64,000 nucleotides of DNA from Phoronis australis (lineage: Eukaryota; Animalia; Phoronida), in contig NMRA01000132.1 in assembly GCA_002633005.1 (NCBI GenBank), positions 802,585-866,584 on the forward strand. Reading direction: 5' to 3'. Position numbers and translations under genes: made by a program. This document shows positions 49,601 through 60,555 of this stretch, one piece after another. Under the pieces are notes generated by a model. It ran no database searches, was not told the DNA's origin, and was given only the letters and a program-made list of their open reading frames with translations. Position 1 is the first letter of the stretch. Each line of letters begins with the position of its first letter.

Positions 49601-52600
49601 CAAGCATGGTCTTGAGAAATATTGAGGTCTCAGTTTCAAAGCAGTTAGTGGTCTTAGTCGGAAGTTTGTTTCTAATCTCATTCGCTGTAAAGAGGTAATG
49701 ATTTCTGGCAAGGTATGTTCAGTATTAAATGATATTTTCATCCATGGCTGGCTTTATTATTTCAGATGAAGACTTTGACGATGACGTGGGCGACGGTGAG
49801 ACTGGCGATGGTGGTGCTGAGAATGAAAGTGACGACACTAGCAGTGAAAGTGATGATGAGGATGACGAGGACACCGATGATGACAATGATGACGAAGTGG
49901 ATGAGTCATTGCGGGTGTCGGTAAAGGCTGCACTTGGTCATGCTGCTGACGATAGCGACAGTGGGTCTGATCAGGTTAGTGGACTGTTGTTGAAGATAAT
50001 GACATTTAGAGGTTTTATGTGGCTACAAAAATGAAATTGTCAAGCAGAGTTTTAAAATGATCGGTGACTTTGATAGGGAGTATGTTCCTTTGTTCCTAGG
50101 GAGAGTCTGAAGGAGAGATGGATGATGATGCCATGTTTCGTTTGGACGCGGCGCTGGCCGAGGTGTTTCGTCAGAGAATAGGCAACAAGATAGCTGAGAA
50201 GGAAAAGGAGAGACAACTTGTACACTTCAAGAATAGGTACTTTTGGCTAGGCCTATTTTCATGAATTCCTGGTATCGCTTCGTTCAGTCCAGTGAAAACT
50301 TGTCAGAGTGCCAATAATAACCTTATATTAACTACTGGAGTTTTCCGTGGGCAATCCAGAGTGTACATTAGAAAATATCAGTTTAGCTGTGTTGTTGAGC
50401 ATGTGTTCTTACTGAGGAGAGCACAGTTTGTGTTGATTTTGGGGTGGGTCTATCTACTGTCAACAGTGGTGCCCCCATGTGGCAATTTGTATTTGTTTTA
50501 CGTCTGCCTCAATGTTTGCCTAGTTCTTAATGGATCTAACAAAATTGGGCATTGTGCACAGGGCTCGACGCTATTAAAATCGGCAGCTCGCATTTTGCGA
50601 CCTAGCCAAAATCCCAGGTCGCATTTTCAAAATCCAACTCGCATTCGTAAATGCCAGGTCGCAAAATTTTCCCGCCATTTTTACGCACCAAAATAGATTT
50701 TTTAGATCATCTAGAAAATGTTTAGATTATGCTCTTATCTGTAGCGTTAAATACTCACAAATTTCGGATCTCAAAATTGACGTCATTCATGCAGGTACGG
50801 CGTTACTGTTCTTCACGACCGCCATTGAAAGACTCTAGAGCGCAAGGCAAGTTGCCGGCGTGAAAGTTGAATCAGTGCTCTCTAACTGACTTGTGCATTC
50901 GAGTAGCTAAATTTGCGATGTGAAAAGGGAGAAAATGCCCGTTGAAAAAGTATCCGGGATTTTGTTAGATCTGGTCTGCTACTGGCCGTCATCAAAGTCG
51001 TTAACGATTCGACTACTAACTCGGGTAATCGCTAGTTTGGTCTTCAATACTCTCCAAATGCGGGAAAAATAGGTCAGTCGCAAAACGACACGCATGTAAC
51101 TAGTGTTAAATTTCTTTCCGAGGTATAAAACAAAGCCGGGATTTGGTTTTTACATACTGTGAAAAGACGTTTTTGAAAACTGAAGTTGTGTAAAATGAAA
51201 GGGACACACACCATATAAGCTGCGTGTTAATTTAAAACCACACGCGGTCGTTTGTAGTGCGCAATGATGGGCGCTAGCTTGAGCTGTGGGCGCTTAATTG
51301 GAAATTCTCAAAATTTAAGGGGGGACTTTTAATAGATCAGCGAGCGCTTATTATGAAACACTTTAAAGTTAGGGAGTAGGCTTGTGCGTGAGCATAGTCG
51401 TTCACCTCAGTGTTTGCGGTAATAAGATATTAAAACGCTGCAATGGTAAGAAACGTTATAATAATACGATTTTCCGAGGCAAACTCCATCTGGTAGGGGC
51501 GACTTTCTGGATATCGTTACCACCTACATTGTAACCTTTTTAGCCACCCGGAATGATTTTTTTTAACTGCCCGCTTCAGCCGGAACAAGGTTGTTTCTAT
51601 AGGAGTCTGAACATTTTACGGCGACGGTGGTTCCGGAGCGAAAAGTTGCCGGGGGGGGGGTGTATAAAGAGAAGAATGAAAAGATCGCTAACTTCAACCA
51701 CAATTTCGCATTTAGTGCCAGTTTAGTTGCAATAGCTGGCTACGGGCATAGAATACAGGGTTTACAGAACATCGACCTCGGGAAACATCGGAACAGGATA
51801 ACGTTAATTCTGGGTTATATCGGTCCCGGTACATCAGGTCTTTTATAACCGCTGGGAATCTGAGTTCATTTTCAAATAAACCAGAGCCAAGCCGGTATAC
51901 TCTTTCATTTAGGAGTGTCGCTGTTCTTTGAAGTGGTGCGCACGCGTGAGTTCACGCACTTGAATCACTGGAGTAGGCCTACACTTTACATTGGCAACAA
52001 CGCGTGAAAGACAAATCATATTTCGCGAACGTAGCCCCAGAAACAAGTAAAGTGTTTGAGAATTTCTTGGCAACTGAAAGCAAAGACGTGACCGTCGTTT
52101 GGCGATTAATAAGGTTGTAATTTTCACTTTGGTGACTTAATACGATAAAAAGGAGAAGCACATTTCCGTCTAAGTCACGATTGTCTGCCGGGACCGCTTG
52201 CACGCTAACGGTGCCGCAGTGCGATATCAGGGATATTGTCGTGGATATTTGGTACATGTAATAAGGACATCTTATGTGAAAAATAAACATTTTTGTCCAC
52301 CACAATGTTTGGTAAGTTGATCGCTTAAGAATTAATAGAAACACCATTGTTTTGTGAAGTTTTATCACGTGTTAAGCAGTGGCCCGAAACTTTCTTCCCC
52401 GAATCCGGGAATTTACAAAAGTGGCCGAAAGTGTTAGCCAATGAAACGCGTCAAAGATCGATTCTGCATATCCCATGTTCACGCGACTAAGTCATCGGGA
52501 GGGCTGTTCTCGGTTAGTGTTCTTTTGAACTTGTATTTGACAACAACCAAATAACGGTCGGATTAACAAGAGCTGATTCGTATTTGCCTGGTATCTGTTG

Positions 52601-55600
52601 AGAAGTGTAAAAACTCAGCTCGCATTCGTTGGAAATTCCAGGTCGCATTTTGCGACTTTATACGAGCTGACAAAAATCTCAGCTCGCATTTCCAAATTTC
52701 AGGTCGCAAATGCGACCTGCAGCTCGTTATGTCGAGCCCTGGTGCATTTCTATTTACGAAAGTTGATTTTTAAATGAATCTGAATACTGTGGCGCCATCT
52801 AGAGGCAAATTGCCATTGTGTCTTTCTGTCTGTATTTCTATTTAAGTTCCGTTCTGGGTGTTCATGAAATATAACCTCCGCGAGCATATTAATGTGATGT
52901 GGATTTTGGGATGGATCCATATTTTGTGGACAACTGATCACCACTAATGCTACTGTTTTTATTGCGTGCAATGCTTATCAACGCCCTCTGTCGCTCTTAT
53001 GTAAAAATGAAATGATGGGTGGAGAAGTATTGTAAACTATGGCAGTAGGTTGAATCGAGATGTGATTTGGTTCACATTGCATATTTGAGGACCCCCGTGG
53101 AAAGCAATGAAAACTGATGAGGCTACCCTCATTGTAAATATTACACTAAATGAATAAATAAGATAAAGTAAATAACTTGCAAGCCTTTTAAATGGTCATT
53201 ATACTGTGTTGCACTACGACTTTGTAGATGCCTGGACTTACTACAGGCGTTGATCCACGAGTCTGTCTCCCCTTTTCTGTTGGTGGACCTTGTCCTTCCA
53301 CTACTGGAGTTGATGGATGCAGGGGTCAAAGACACGTCACAGAAGGTGTTAGGGGAAAAGGCAGCATCTGTTTTTCATCACCTATGCAATAAAAAGTCTT
53401 CTAGAAAGGTGAGTATGGGTGGTAAAATCATTAACTTTACTCTGTTTTTCATCTATCTAAACTGCGATTAGTTTTTTCCACGCTTACTGCAATTTCATAA
53501 ATTTGGATTTGAAGCTTGGCTGACTCGGCTAACGTGGTTGCCTTTAAATCTGGAAATCAGTTGCAATTCAGCTTCATAACTAACCAGTCCACCGTGACCT
53601 TTGAAGGCCAGCAGCTAGTGTACAAACTGAACAGTACCAGTCAGCCGGTCACTGGCCTTTCAAGGTCAGATGCAAGTGCACAAACTCCTTGACAGTAACG
53701 GCATGCTGTGATGTCTTTTTGATGTTTTGTACAGGTAACTGGTGAACACCTTGATAGTGACAGTCTGTTGAACATCATGAGACAGCTGATTACCTACTCA
53801 ACTAAAGGTGAGCTTTGTTATGGCGTTGTGTAAAGGGATGTTCTAAATGGTCTAAATCTTCATGAAGGCTGGTGCAGTTGAAAATAATTGTTCGATTGAA
53901 ACACATGCATAAGTGTCCCTCTTTGTTCACAGGTACAGGTTTTTTCACTTATATTATTATTGTAACTTGGATGCATAACAAAATGCATTACAAAAACTAA
54001 TAGAATTTTTATGCAATACATCCCCCACCTCTTGGGATTATAAGTTGCAAGTGGTTATAGACAATACGGGCTATTTTTGGAGCAATCTAGTGCTCTAATC
54101 CAATAATTCACAAGAGCTGGATAATTAAAAAACAAGTCTAGAGTGGAGGATTCAATCAGAGACTATTCTCAAATGATTATTTCATGTGCAAACAAAAGTA
54201 AAATGCATTTTGTCTTAAATTAAATTTTGGTTAACATGTCAAGCTCTGAATTCTGTTAAAATATTGGCTTATTCCAGTAACCAGTTACGTGTAAATTCTC
54301 GTTTTGTAAAGTTGAATGTGAAGACAATGGTTCATAAAACGTATCCTTTTATGTAAATTTCCATACCATCTTGTGACTTGCAGAAATCGTGCAAAAGCCT
54401 AGCAAATTTTGCTGATATGTTTCTGATGAAGATGTGTACTTGCCATGACTGTGTTTTTAATCAATTTTCAGAAATGTCATGCATCAAAGTTCAACTCCTT
54501 TCATTTCATAATAGAAAGAACAAATAACTCCATTGTTGTCTGTGTAAATTCTCTGTTTCAACTTTTGGTGATAAAATAATGGTGCTTGGAAAAGAATAAG
54601 AGTGTCTATACTTATAATTTTCTTAGGGAAACCAGCTCCAGCATCTGCATCTTAGGTTTCCCATTGAAAACGTTTTGATCATGAGACTGAAGTAAATAGT
54701 TGAATTGCTGTAATTTTCTGTTTCTGTCTATGGCGATCGGCGATTTTTAACAATTTTGTGCAAGAGCTCAAGCATGCAGTCAAGTGTATACCCTCAGTAC
54801 TAGTTACTTGGCGAAATAAATTTCGCCAAGTATGTTGCTCTTCCACTAACTTAAAGTTTTTTTTTGTTCGCACGATAAAGGTCGCAATTTTTGTCCGATC
54901 ATCACAAAATTTACACATAACATGTACTTCCGGAAGTACTGGAAGGCTATTGTTTTTCGTCACAATCGAATCCAAGATGGCGGCTGTGGTGGCCATTTTG
55001 TTTTCATTTAAAGGTTCAAATGCTTCTGGAGGCTACAATTTTTTACGTAAAAGGCTAAGAATCGGCACAGTAAATGGACCGGAAGTTTTCTACAAGTATA
55101 CCGGAAATTGTTTACTTCCGGTTAAAGATGGCGGAAATATCGGCGATCGCGCCTGCGCACCTCGATTTTGGCCTGAAAACGTTTTCTCCTGTAGAGGGCG
55201 CATTATATGACCTATTCCTTCGAATTTTTACAGGTATTAGTTTCTTATGACATGCTATTATACAAAGCCAAAAAACCAGAAGTTGCTTTCAAGATGGCGG
55301 ATCTGGCACATGTTGACCCATTTTCAGTCGTGCTAGAGTGCGATTTTAAACGGGAAGAGAAAAAGACGTGATTTTTTGCATGTGGATTCTTTGAAGTATA
55401 TTCTTTCAAATGGCCTGTAACAATTTTTTTCTCAGACTTACCGTTTTCGAGTTATTTGACTTTGAATTTCTTAACAAAACCGCAAAATTTCATTTTTTTT
55501 CGAAAAATTTACGGAATTAGGCGATACCATCACTTTAGATAGAATTTTGAACTGGCTTTCAGAAGATGTTTTCCATTTTTCGCTAGGACGTCTACTTTTC

Positions 55601-58600
55601 GAGTTATTTGAGATTTTCTGATAACGCTGTTCCTTTGTTGAGCGCTCTTGCTGCATTGACATTGGTTTATCTTCTATTGAACTAGACTGTAGCCTATTTC
55701 TTATTGATTTATGACATCTAAGTTCGTCATATGAATGTTGTGATGTTGTTCATCATAGCCACCACCATCATCATATTCGTCATCATCGTCATCATCTCTG
55801 TCATTGTATTTTCGGTTAATTTCGCCAAGTGTCGCTCAAGACTGTAGCCTTTTTCTTACTGATTTCGGACTTCTACGTTCGTCATGTGTATGTTATTATT
55901 ACTTCTTTTGTTCATCCTCGCCACCATCATCGTCATATTCGTCATCTTCGTCATCATCTTTATCGTCATCTTTTTGATTAATTTCGCCAAGTTTCGCTCC
56001 TCGGAGCGATTTCATTTGATATAGCGATGTCTGATGCGAAGACTTTTCCTTCTAATTAGTAGAATGCAGTCTACGCAAAAACAATGACTTCTAGATGAAC
56101 AATTTATAAATGAGGATGTGTAAATGACGACTTAGAAATGATGACTTACCCTTGAATGTTTATGTGTAAGAGAGTGGGCATGTGAACTGGAACCGACAAT
56201 ACATGATGAGTTTAAAGTGAGAGATAAGCAATGGCATGTTACCTGTACTTGACAGAGTGCAGCCTCCTGGTATGACATTGTATTTGTGTTGTTTTGTAAG
56301 CCTTCATCTTATCGTGTTTCTTTTCCAGTTTCTAGTGTCCCTATGGTCCATGAAATTGCCCAGGGATGTTTGTTTGTGGTGAGTTGTGTGGAACCATGTG
56401 TTGGTTGAAGTATTGGCTGATTATTGATTGAACCAACTGTTGAAAATCCGTCTATATTCTCAAAAAAGTCAACGCTGTGTCTGTAGGTTTGAAAGTCCAC
56501 GAGGATTTGTAAAGGTGTATAATCAGCTACAAAACACTTAATGTTGATGTCAGTTGAGTCTTGCTTTATCAGTACTTGTTCTTAGTGTTTATATTTCTTG
56601 AATTTGGCTGCCATGTAATAATCAGTTAATGATAATCACCACAGCAAGGATTTCATTGGCCACAAGAGCCTTTTGTGTGTTGATAGAGATCTTCGCGTTT
56701 GTTGTACGTGAGTTACCTTGGTTGTTGTATTCCAGCTGCGGTTCATCACAGCTGTTGGGGACCAAACTCCTGTAAGGAAGACCCGGTCCACATCTGCTGT
56801 AGCCAAAACTTCACCAACCAAGAGTTGTGTTGACTGTGTGGTAGAGCTGTTTTTGGAAGCCATGAGCGAGTATTTTGGCAAAAGGTAAGTCCGTGTTCAA
56901 TGTGAAGTACGTAAGTGGTGCTTGCATACAATTAACTGTTTGCAAATCTACAGAATGTAATGCATTAGGACAATGCGAGCAAATGAAATAGTATCATAAA
57001 CAACCCAACTATAAATCGTTATGATTTTTAAAACAATGTAAACTGGTGGAATTGTGCATATGTGGCCCACTTGACAGTATGAGTTAGAACCTTATGGATT
57101 GGTGTGCGCGATGTGTCTACAAAATGATTCCATCATCGGAAGTATCCAACTAAAACACCCACGAAGCACACCGTTTGTGGTGCTGTCGTGGACACATTTC
57201 AATTATCTGCATTGCTCTTGTGTCTTGTAGTGTAGATCACGTGACAAATTTTCAGCAAAGTTTAGAATTTGATGATAATGCATTGTAAAGTTGATTAATG
57301 ACTATAATGCTTTAGCTCATTCTGGTGTTGACATTTAAATGACCAGGTTTATGTGTGCATTTTCAGAGACAGTAAATATAGTCACATTCTATTTCACACT
57401 GTTGTGGAGAGACAACCTGCCCTCTTGTGGTCCCTGACTGAACCGCTACTGTCCGCAGCTACAAACCCCAGTCAGCGAATCTATGCCAAAGTATGTGCCT
57501 TGCTCAGCTATGTTTCTTACTTTACTGTGTGACTTTGCCCTGTGATTTAAATTATTCTTCACTGAAGTCAAACTAATGATGGCTTGATAGGAAGAGAATG
57601 AGGGCATATATCGATTAGTTGTTTCATTTCCGGCTTACATTTTTGGTTAATAACCATACCTCCAAGTCGATAAAACTTCACTGTTCACCATGCCTAAGTT
57701 GCATCATGAAGTATTTGTACAATTTTGTGTATTAACTATTGTACACCAATGTTCTTCATTGATTGTTTCAGACACAAGCCCTGTCTATGCTTGCTGCCAT
57801 GGTAACCAAACCAACGGTAACTATGTTTTGGGCGTATTTCAATGCTCTTCGTTGCTCTTGTAATAATAGTGCTTTTGTAGAACCTCTTAATTTCCTGGTG
57901 ATTGTGCTCGTCATCATTCAGAAAAAAATAGGTATTAAAAAGTGGCAACAGTTTTTATTGAGTATTGATGGAAATTCATGCTTTGCTTTTTTGGTTAGGT
58001 CTGTGAAATTGGTGTTAGCAAGTGGACGCCGTTAGCTGAGCAGATCTTTGCCAAAGTGGGAAGTGAAATCTGCAGCTTAGATGCTGAAAATGTCAAGCCA
58101 CGCTATGTTCAAGATATGCTACTGCTGGTTCATCGAGTGTTGACAGTGGATAGTGAACAGGTGAGAAAACCTGTCATGTAGTGAAATGCAGTGAATGTTA
58201 AATACAGTGTTGTGGCGAGGGTATTGCATACCTGGACTGTGTGCGCCTGTCGATGCTTACTTTGTCAGAGATCAAAGTTTTAATGTGGAAAATAAGAAAA
58301 GACAATGATACAAGTAGCACGGGAAGTCTCCTTCACATTGTTGCCTTCTTTGTAGTGAACACCAAGTGCTCTTTCACAATTCAATTCTTTCAGGGCACTT
58401 CCCAGACATGACATGTCATATCTTATCTAACAGCTATGATTCCAATCTGTTGTTATGGGTCAACTTTTGTTGAACTTAAAGGCAGTTGTGGTCCTTGTGT
58501 GCTGGAATAATGGTTTGTAATAAAGTCTAATGTTTTGGCAACACTGAAGGTTTAACACCTACAGTCCTTTCATATGAGTCGTATTGTAATTGTTGTACTT

Positions 58601-60555
58601 GCCAAACATATGGCATCTATGAGTTGAGTCCACGTCTAGTACTGATTGTACACATTCATATTGGCAATACAAAGTCGCATTTAATTTTGCCTTTGATAAA
58701 TAGACTGAACCCTTAAGAGCTCGAAAGCTATGTTGGCTTGTTGTGTTTGACCTAATTAGGTTCAATATTCTCTTCCATTTTGCAGCACATTTCCTTTGCG
58801 GAGATGTCATATATTCTGCAAAAGTGTAAAGGTTAATTTTGACTATGCTGTAGAATCTGAGATAGTTATTGATAAATCACACACCAGTGTTGTTCAGGGG
58901 GCGTTTTGTCAAGGTTCATAAAGTCTGCCATTAATGTGGAGGTTGAAAAGACTGAACGTAAAAAATTATTCACTTGATTTTTCTAACAATGTTGTAAAAA
59001 TGCAACGCCGCATTAGCATTGATGTGCCTGCAACTGTCTTCGTTCCGATTGGATATGCGAGATTTGTTAAAACAGGGCCTGGTTGTGCAAACCTGGCTGA
59101 AGTGGCGAGATAGTAGACTATAATTAGTTACCCATTGAGTTGTGAAACGACATCTTTCAGGTGGCGCCCTCACGCATTGTTGAGAAGCTGAATGAGCTGA
59201 AGAGTCATCTGAGAAAGGACTGCAGAAAAGTGTGCATGAAAATTCTCACTCACAAGGATAGGTTTGTATTAGAAGTTCCATGTCTGCTTGTGTCCATTGG
59301 CTAGAAAAGAAATGGTTTGGATCTCTTTCCATCATGTTTCCATCGCAATGTAGTCTTGGTTTGCATTTCTAAAAAAATTCATTTTCGACAGTATTTCACA
59401 TCTACTGTGGGTGATGAGACCTCTGAGTGTTGTGATTTTTTATGTTTCAGAAGCTCAAAAGAGGAGCACAAACCAAAAGTTGTTCAAACAAATGGTGATG
59501 ACCCTGAAGTGCCATTGAAGTCTATGGAAAGTTCAGCTGTGGAAAAGGAGCAGCGTATTTCTGGGTGTGGAGAAACCCATGAGGGACAGGGTAAAGGTGA
59601 AAGTGAAAAGAAGCCAGCATGCTTGGTATCTGACCAGACTGGGCCACCATCGACTTCTAGAAGTAAGAAACGAAAGAAGAATCAGGAGGACATGTTGGAA
59701 TCACCAAAGCTGATTCACGTTGAAAATGTGTCAGAAGTGAGTGGTGAACAGAGTTTGATTTTGAACCAAAGAATAGGAAATGCTGTGCATGAGGCACAGC
59801 TTGACTCGAAGTCATCATCGTCACCTTCAAAGAAGAAGAAAATGAAGAAGAGTAGGAAAGACAAGAATGATAATAAACCTGGAGAAGACGAATTTGAAGA
59901 AATGTCATTAGATGATACCAGACTAGTAAATAATAAAAGCGAGGTTGTGAAAGAGGATCTAGAAGATGGTGCAACGCCGAATGTACTAGACTCGGTATCT
60001 GTGTCGTCTAAAAAGAAGAAGAAAGTGAAAGAGAAGGATAGCAAGGCAACGTTGGTGTTGGTGACGGGTAGTCAAGAAGAGTGCAAAGTAAGTAAGAAAA
60101 GTACTTCTGTAGGCAATACTTGTACGGTAGCGAATGAGAGTGTTGTGATCAAGCAGGAAGTGGAAGGTGACGTGACGGAGCAACAGGTTGATGTGCAGCC
60201 TGTGTCATCGGCAAAGAAGAAAAAGAAGAAGAGGAGGAGACATGATGATGATGATAGGGACAAAGAGGAAAAGGATCTTGATGAGACATCAGCAGATTGC
60301 AGTCTGGTGAAGACTGAAAGTGATGTGAACATGACCTCTGGTGGGGGATTGTCTTGTGAGGCTGCTGCAGGAGGTCCAAATTCCAGTAACGTTAGCACGC
60401 CACCTTCTAACAAGAACAGGAACAAGGAGCTGTCTGGGAACTCACAGCCTTTGAAAAGGTGTGCGGATGGCAAACCCATGACACCTGGAAAACTTGTCAA
60501 ATTTTCTCAAATGGAGACTCCTAGTAGCAGGAAAAAGGTTAAGAATTCGAAATAA
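31672..60555 (+). CDS. MYBBP1A: Myb-binding protein 1A (Pol5 / DNA pol phi family nucleolar rRNA-biogenesis factor), 30 exons, about 1471 aa
   Basis: Exons 31672-31827, 34569-34676, 35340-35432, 37447-37518, 37953-38063, 38237-38359, 39080-39172, 39845-39950, 40518-40612, 41205-41297, 42438-42581, 42996-43066, 43382-43544, 44025-44204, 44843-44941, 46735-46842, 47827-47896, 48056-48201, 48762-48810, 49766-49974, 50100-50236, 53228-53408, 53735-53807, 56329-56378, 56736-56884, 57367-57490, 57772-57816, 57999-58160, 59161-59261, 59451-60555; 4416 nt. Motifs: FLNIFWDLA, YAVDRLVKGLASFRKSARPGYAVALTQ, EPSWVEVVTELLLSLLSQSS, acidic tract, MDDDAMFRLDAALAEVF, Lys-rich NLS tail. Confidence 0.92.
31913..32771. 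mobile_element. Foldback-type non-autonomous DNA transposon with 8-bp TSD, in MYBBP1A intron 1
   Basis: Ends GGCACTAGTCGGATATAA / TTATATCCGACTAGTGCC; arms 31913-32167 are mirrored by 32291-32420 plus 32641-32771; TSD GATGGGGA at 31905-31912 and 32772-32779; N at 32442. Confidence 0.85.
32960..33400. mobile_element. Older, diverged palindromic relative of the MULE-like element at 29931-30859
   Basis: 33195-33312 (gttcgagcagaagg...tatttgttagaattggaaggaa) resembles 30605-30725; central inverted TGGCCATTTTTAC / GTAAAAATGGCCA. Confidence 0.5.
34961..35099. repeat. Two-copy tandem duplication, about 70 bp
   Basis: actccaaactt.gaaaat.aaca..tttggattgtcattcaaggtgttttttataaa...ataattgc occurs twice. 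Confidence 0.8.
36842..36912 (+). ncRNA. SNORD57: Box C/D snoRNA, SNORD57 (U57)-like, guide for 18S Am99; copy 1
   Basis: C box GTGATGA at 36847, D' CTGA, C' TGGAGG, guide AACTGATTTAATGAG (antisense to 18S CUCAUUAAAUCAGUU), D box CTGA at 36905, terminal stem TCCC/GGGA; intronic and sense to the host. Confidence 0.88.
38832..38900 (+). ncRNA. SNORD57: SNORD57-like C/D snoRNA, copy 2
   Basis: CCCT-GTGATGA...CTGA...TGGAGG...AACTGATTTAATGAGT-CTGA-GGG. Confidence 0.88.
42020..42090 (+). ncRNA. SNORD57: SNORD57-like C/D snoRNA, copy 3
   Basis: ATCCCA-C-ATGATGA...TGGAGG-TT-AACTGATTTAATGAGT-CTGA-TGGGAT; the terminal stem extends to ATCGG/CCGAT. Confidence 0.88.
43818..43888 (+). ncRNA. SNORD57: SNORD57-like C/D snoRNA, copy 4
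   Basis: TCC...ATGATGA...CTGA...TGGAGG...ATAACTGATTTAATGAGT-CTGA-TTGGA. Confidence 0.85.
44202..44460. repeat. 19-21 bp minisatellite, about 13 copies, starting at the donor of MYBBP1A exon 14
   Basis: Unit TGCAAGTTTAACCCTTTAT; the first unit is ATT|GTAAGTTGAACCCTTTAT. Confidence 0.85.
45659..46225. mobile_element. PIF/Harbinger-like MITE
   Basis: About 42-bp TIRs GGGCTGTTCCAGNAAAATCTGTNTGGGAGGGGGGGAAGGCA and reverse complement; TA-type flanks. Confidence 0.8.
46505..46652 (+). ncRNA. Candidate box C/D snoRNA antisense to 28S rRNA (Me28S-U3344-like), copy 1
   Basis: C-like ATGATGG at 46512; guide TGATAGGAAGAG 46521-46532 complements conserved 28S CUCUUCCUAUCA; D'-like ATGA at 46534; D box CTGA at 46644. 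Confidence 0.55.
48607..48680 (+). ncRNA. Degenerate SNORD57-like copy 5, possibly a pseudogene
   Basis: C-like ATGATGT at 48612; guide ACTGATTCAATGAG with one mismatch; D box CTGA at 48673; the C' TGGAGG is absent. Confidence 0.5.
49126..49273 (+). ncRNA. Candidate 28S-targeting C/D snoRNA, copy 2
   Basis: ATGATGG at 49133, guide 49142-49153, ATGA at 49155, CTGA at 49265; nearly identical to copy 1. Confidence 0.55.
50559..52741. mobile_element. 2.18-kb non-autonomous hAT-like element with 5-bp TSD (hAT5-type)
   Basis: TIRs CAGGGCTCGAC / GTCGAGCCCTG; GTGCA on both flanks; arrays of (G/C)TCGCATT subterminal repeats at both ends; no transposase ORF. Part of it (about 50866-51010) resembles a fragment at about 300-450. 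Confidence 0.85.
54800..56010 (-). mobile_element. Non-autonomous Helitron/Helentron-like element
   Basis: On -, it ends in hairpin ACTTGGCGAAAT-TT-ATTTCGCCAAGT followed by CTAG; the same ACTTGGCGAAAT recurs at the other end next to a duplicated GAT/GAC-rich microsatellite block. Confidence 0.5.
57555..57605 (+). ncRNA. Third copy (5' core only) of the 28S-antisense C/D-like RNA
   Basis: TTCTTCACTGAAGTCA..CTAATGATGGCTTGATAGGAAGAGAATGAG is conserved while the flanks are unrelated; 3' end undetermined. Confidence 0.45.

Noticed and set aside
53595-53668. Hairpin TGACCTTTGAAGGCCAG / CTGGCCTTTCAAGGTCA as a pre-miRNA
   Set aside because: The stem is only about 17 bp with a large loop; probably a tiny MITE remnant.
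59657-60500. Several minus-strand ORFs
   Set aside because: Antisense shadows of the low-complexity last exon of MYBBP1A.
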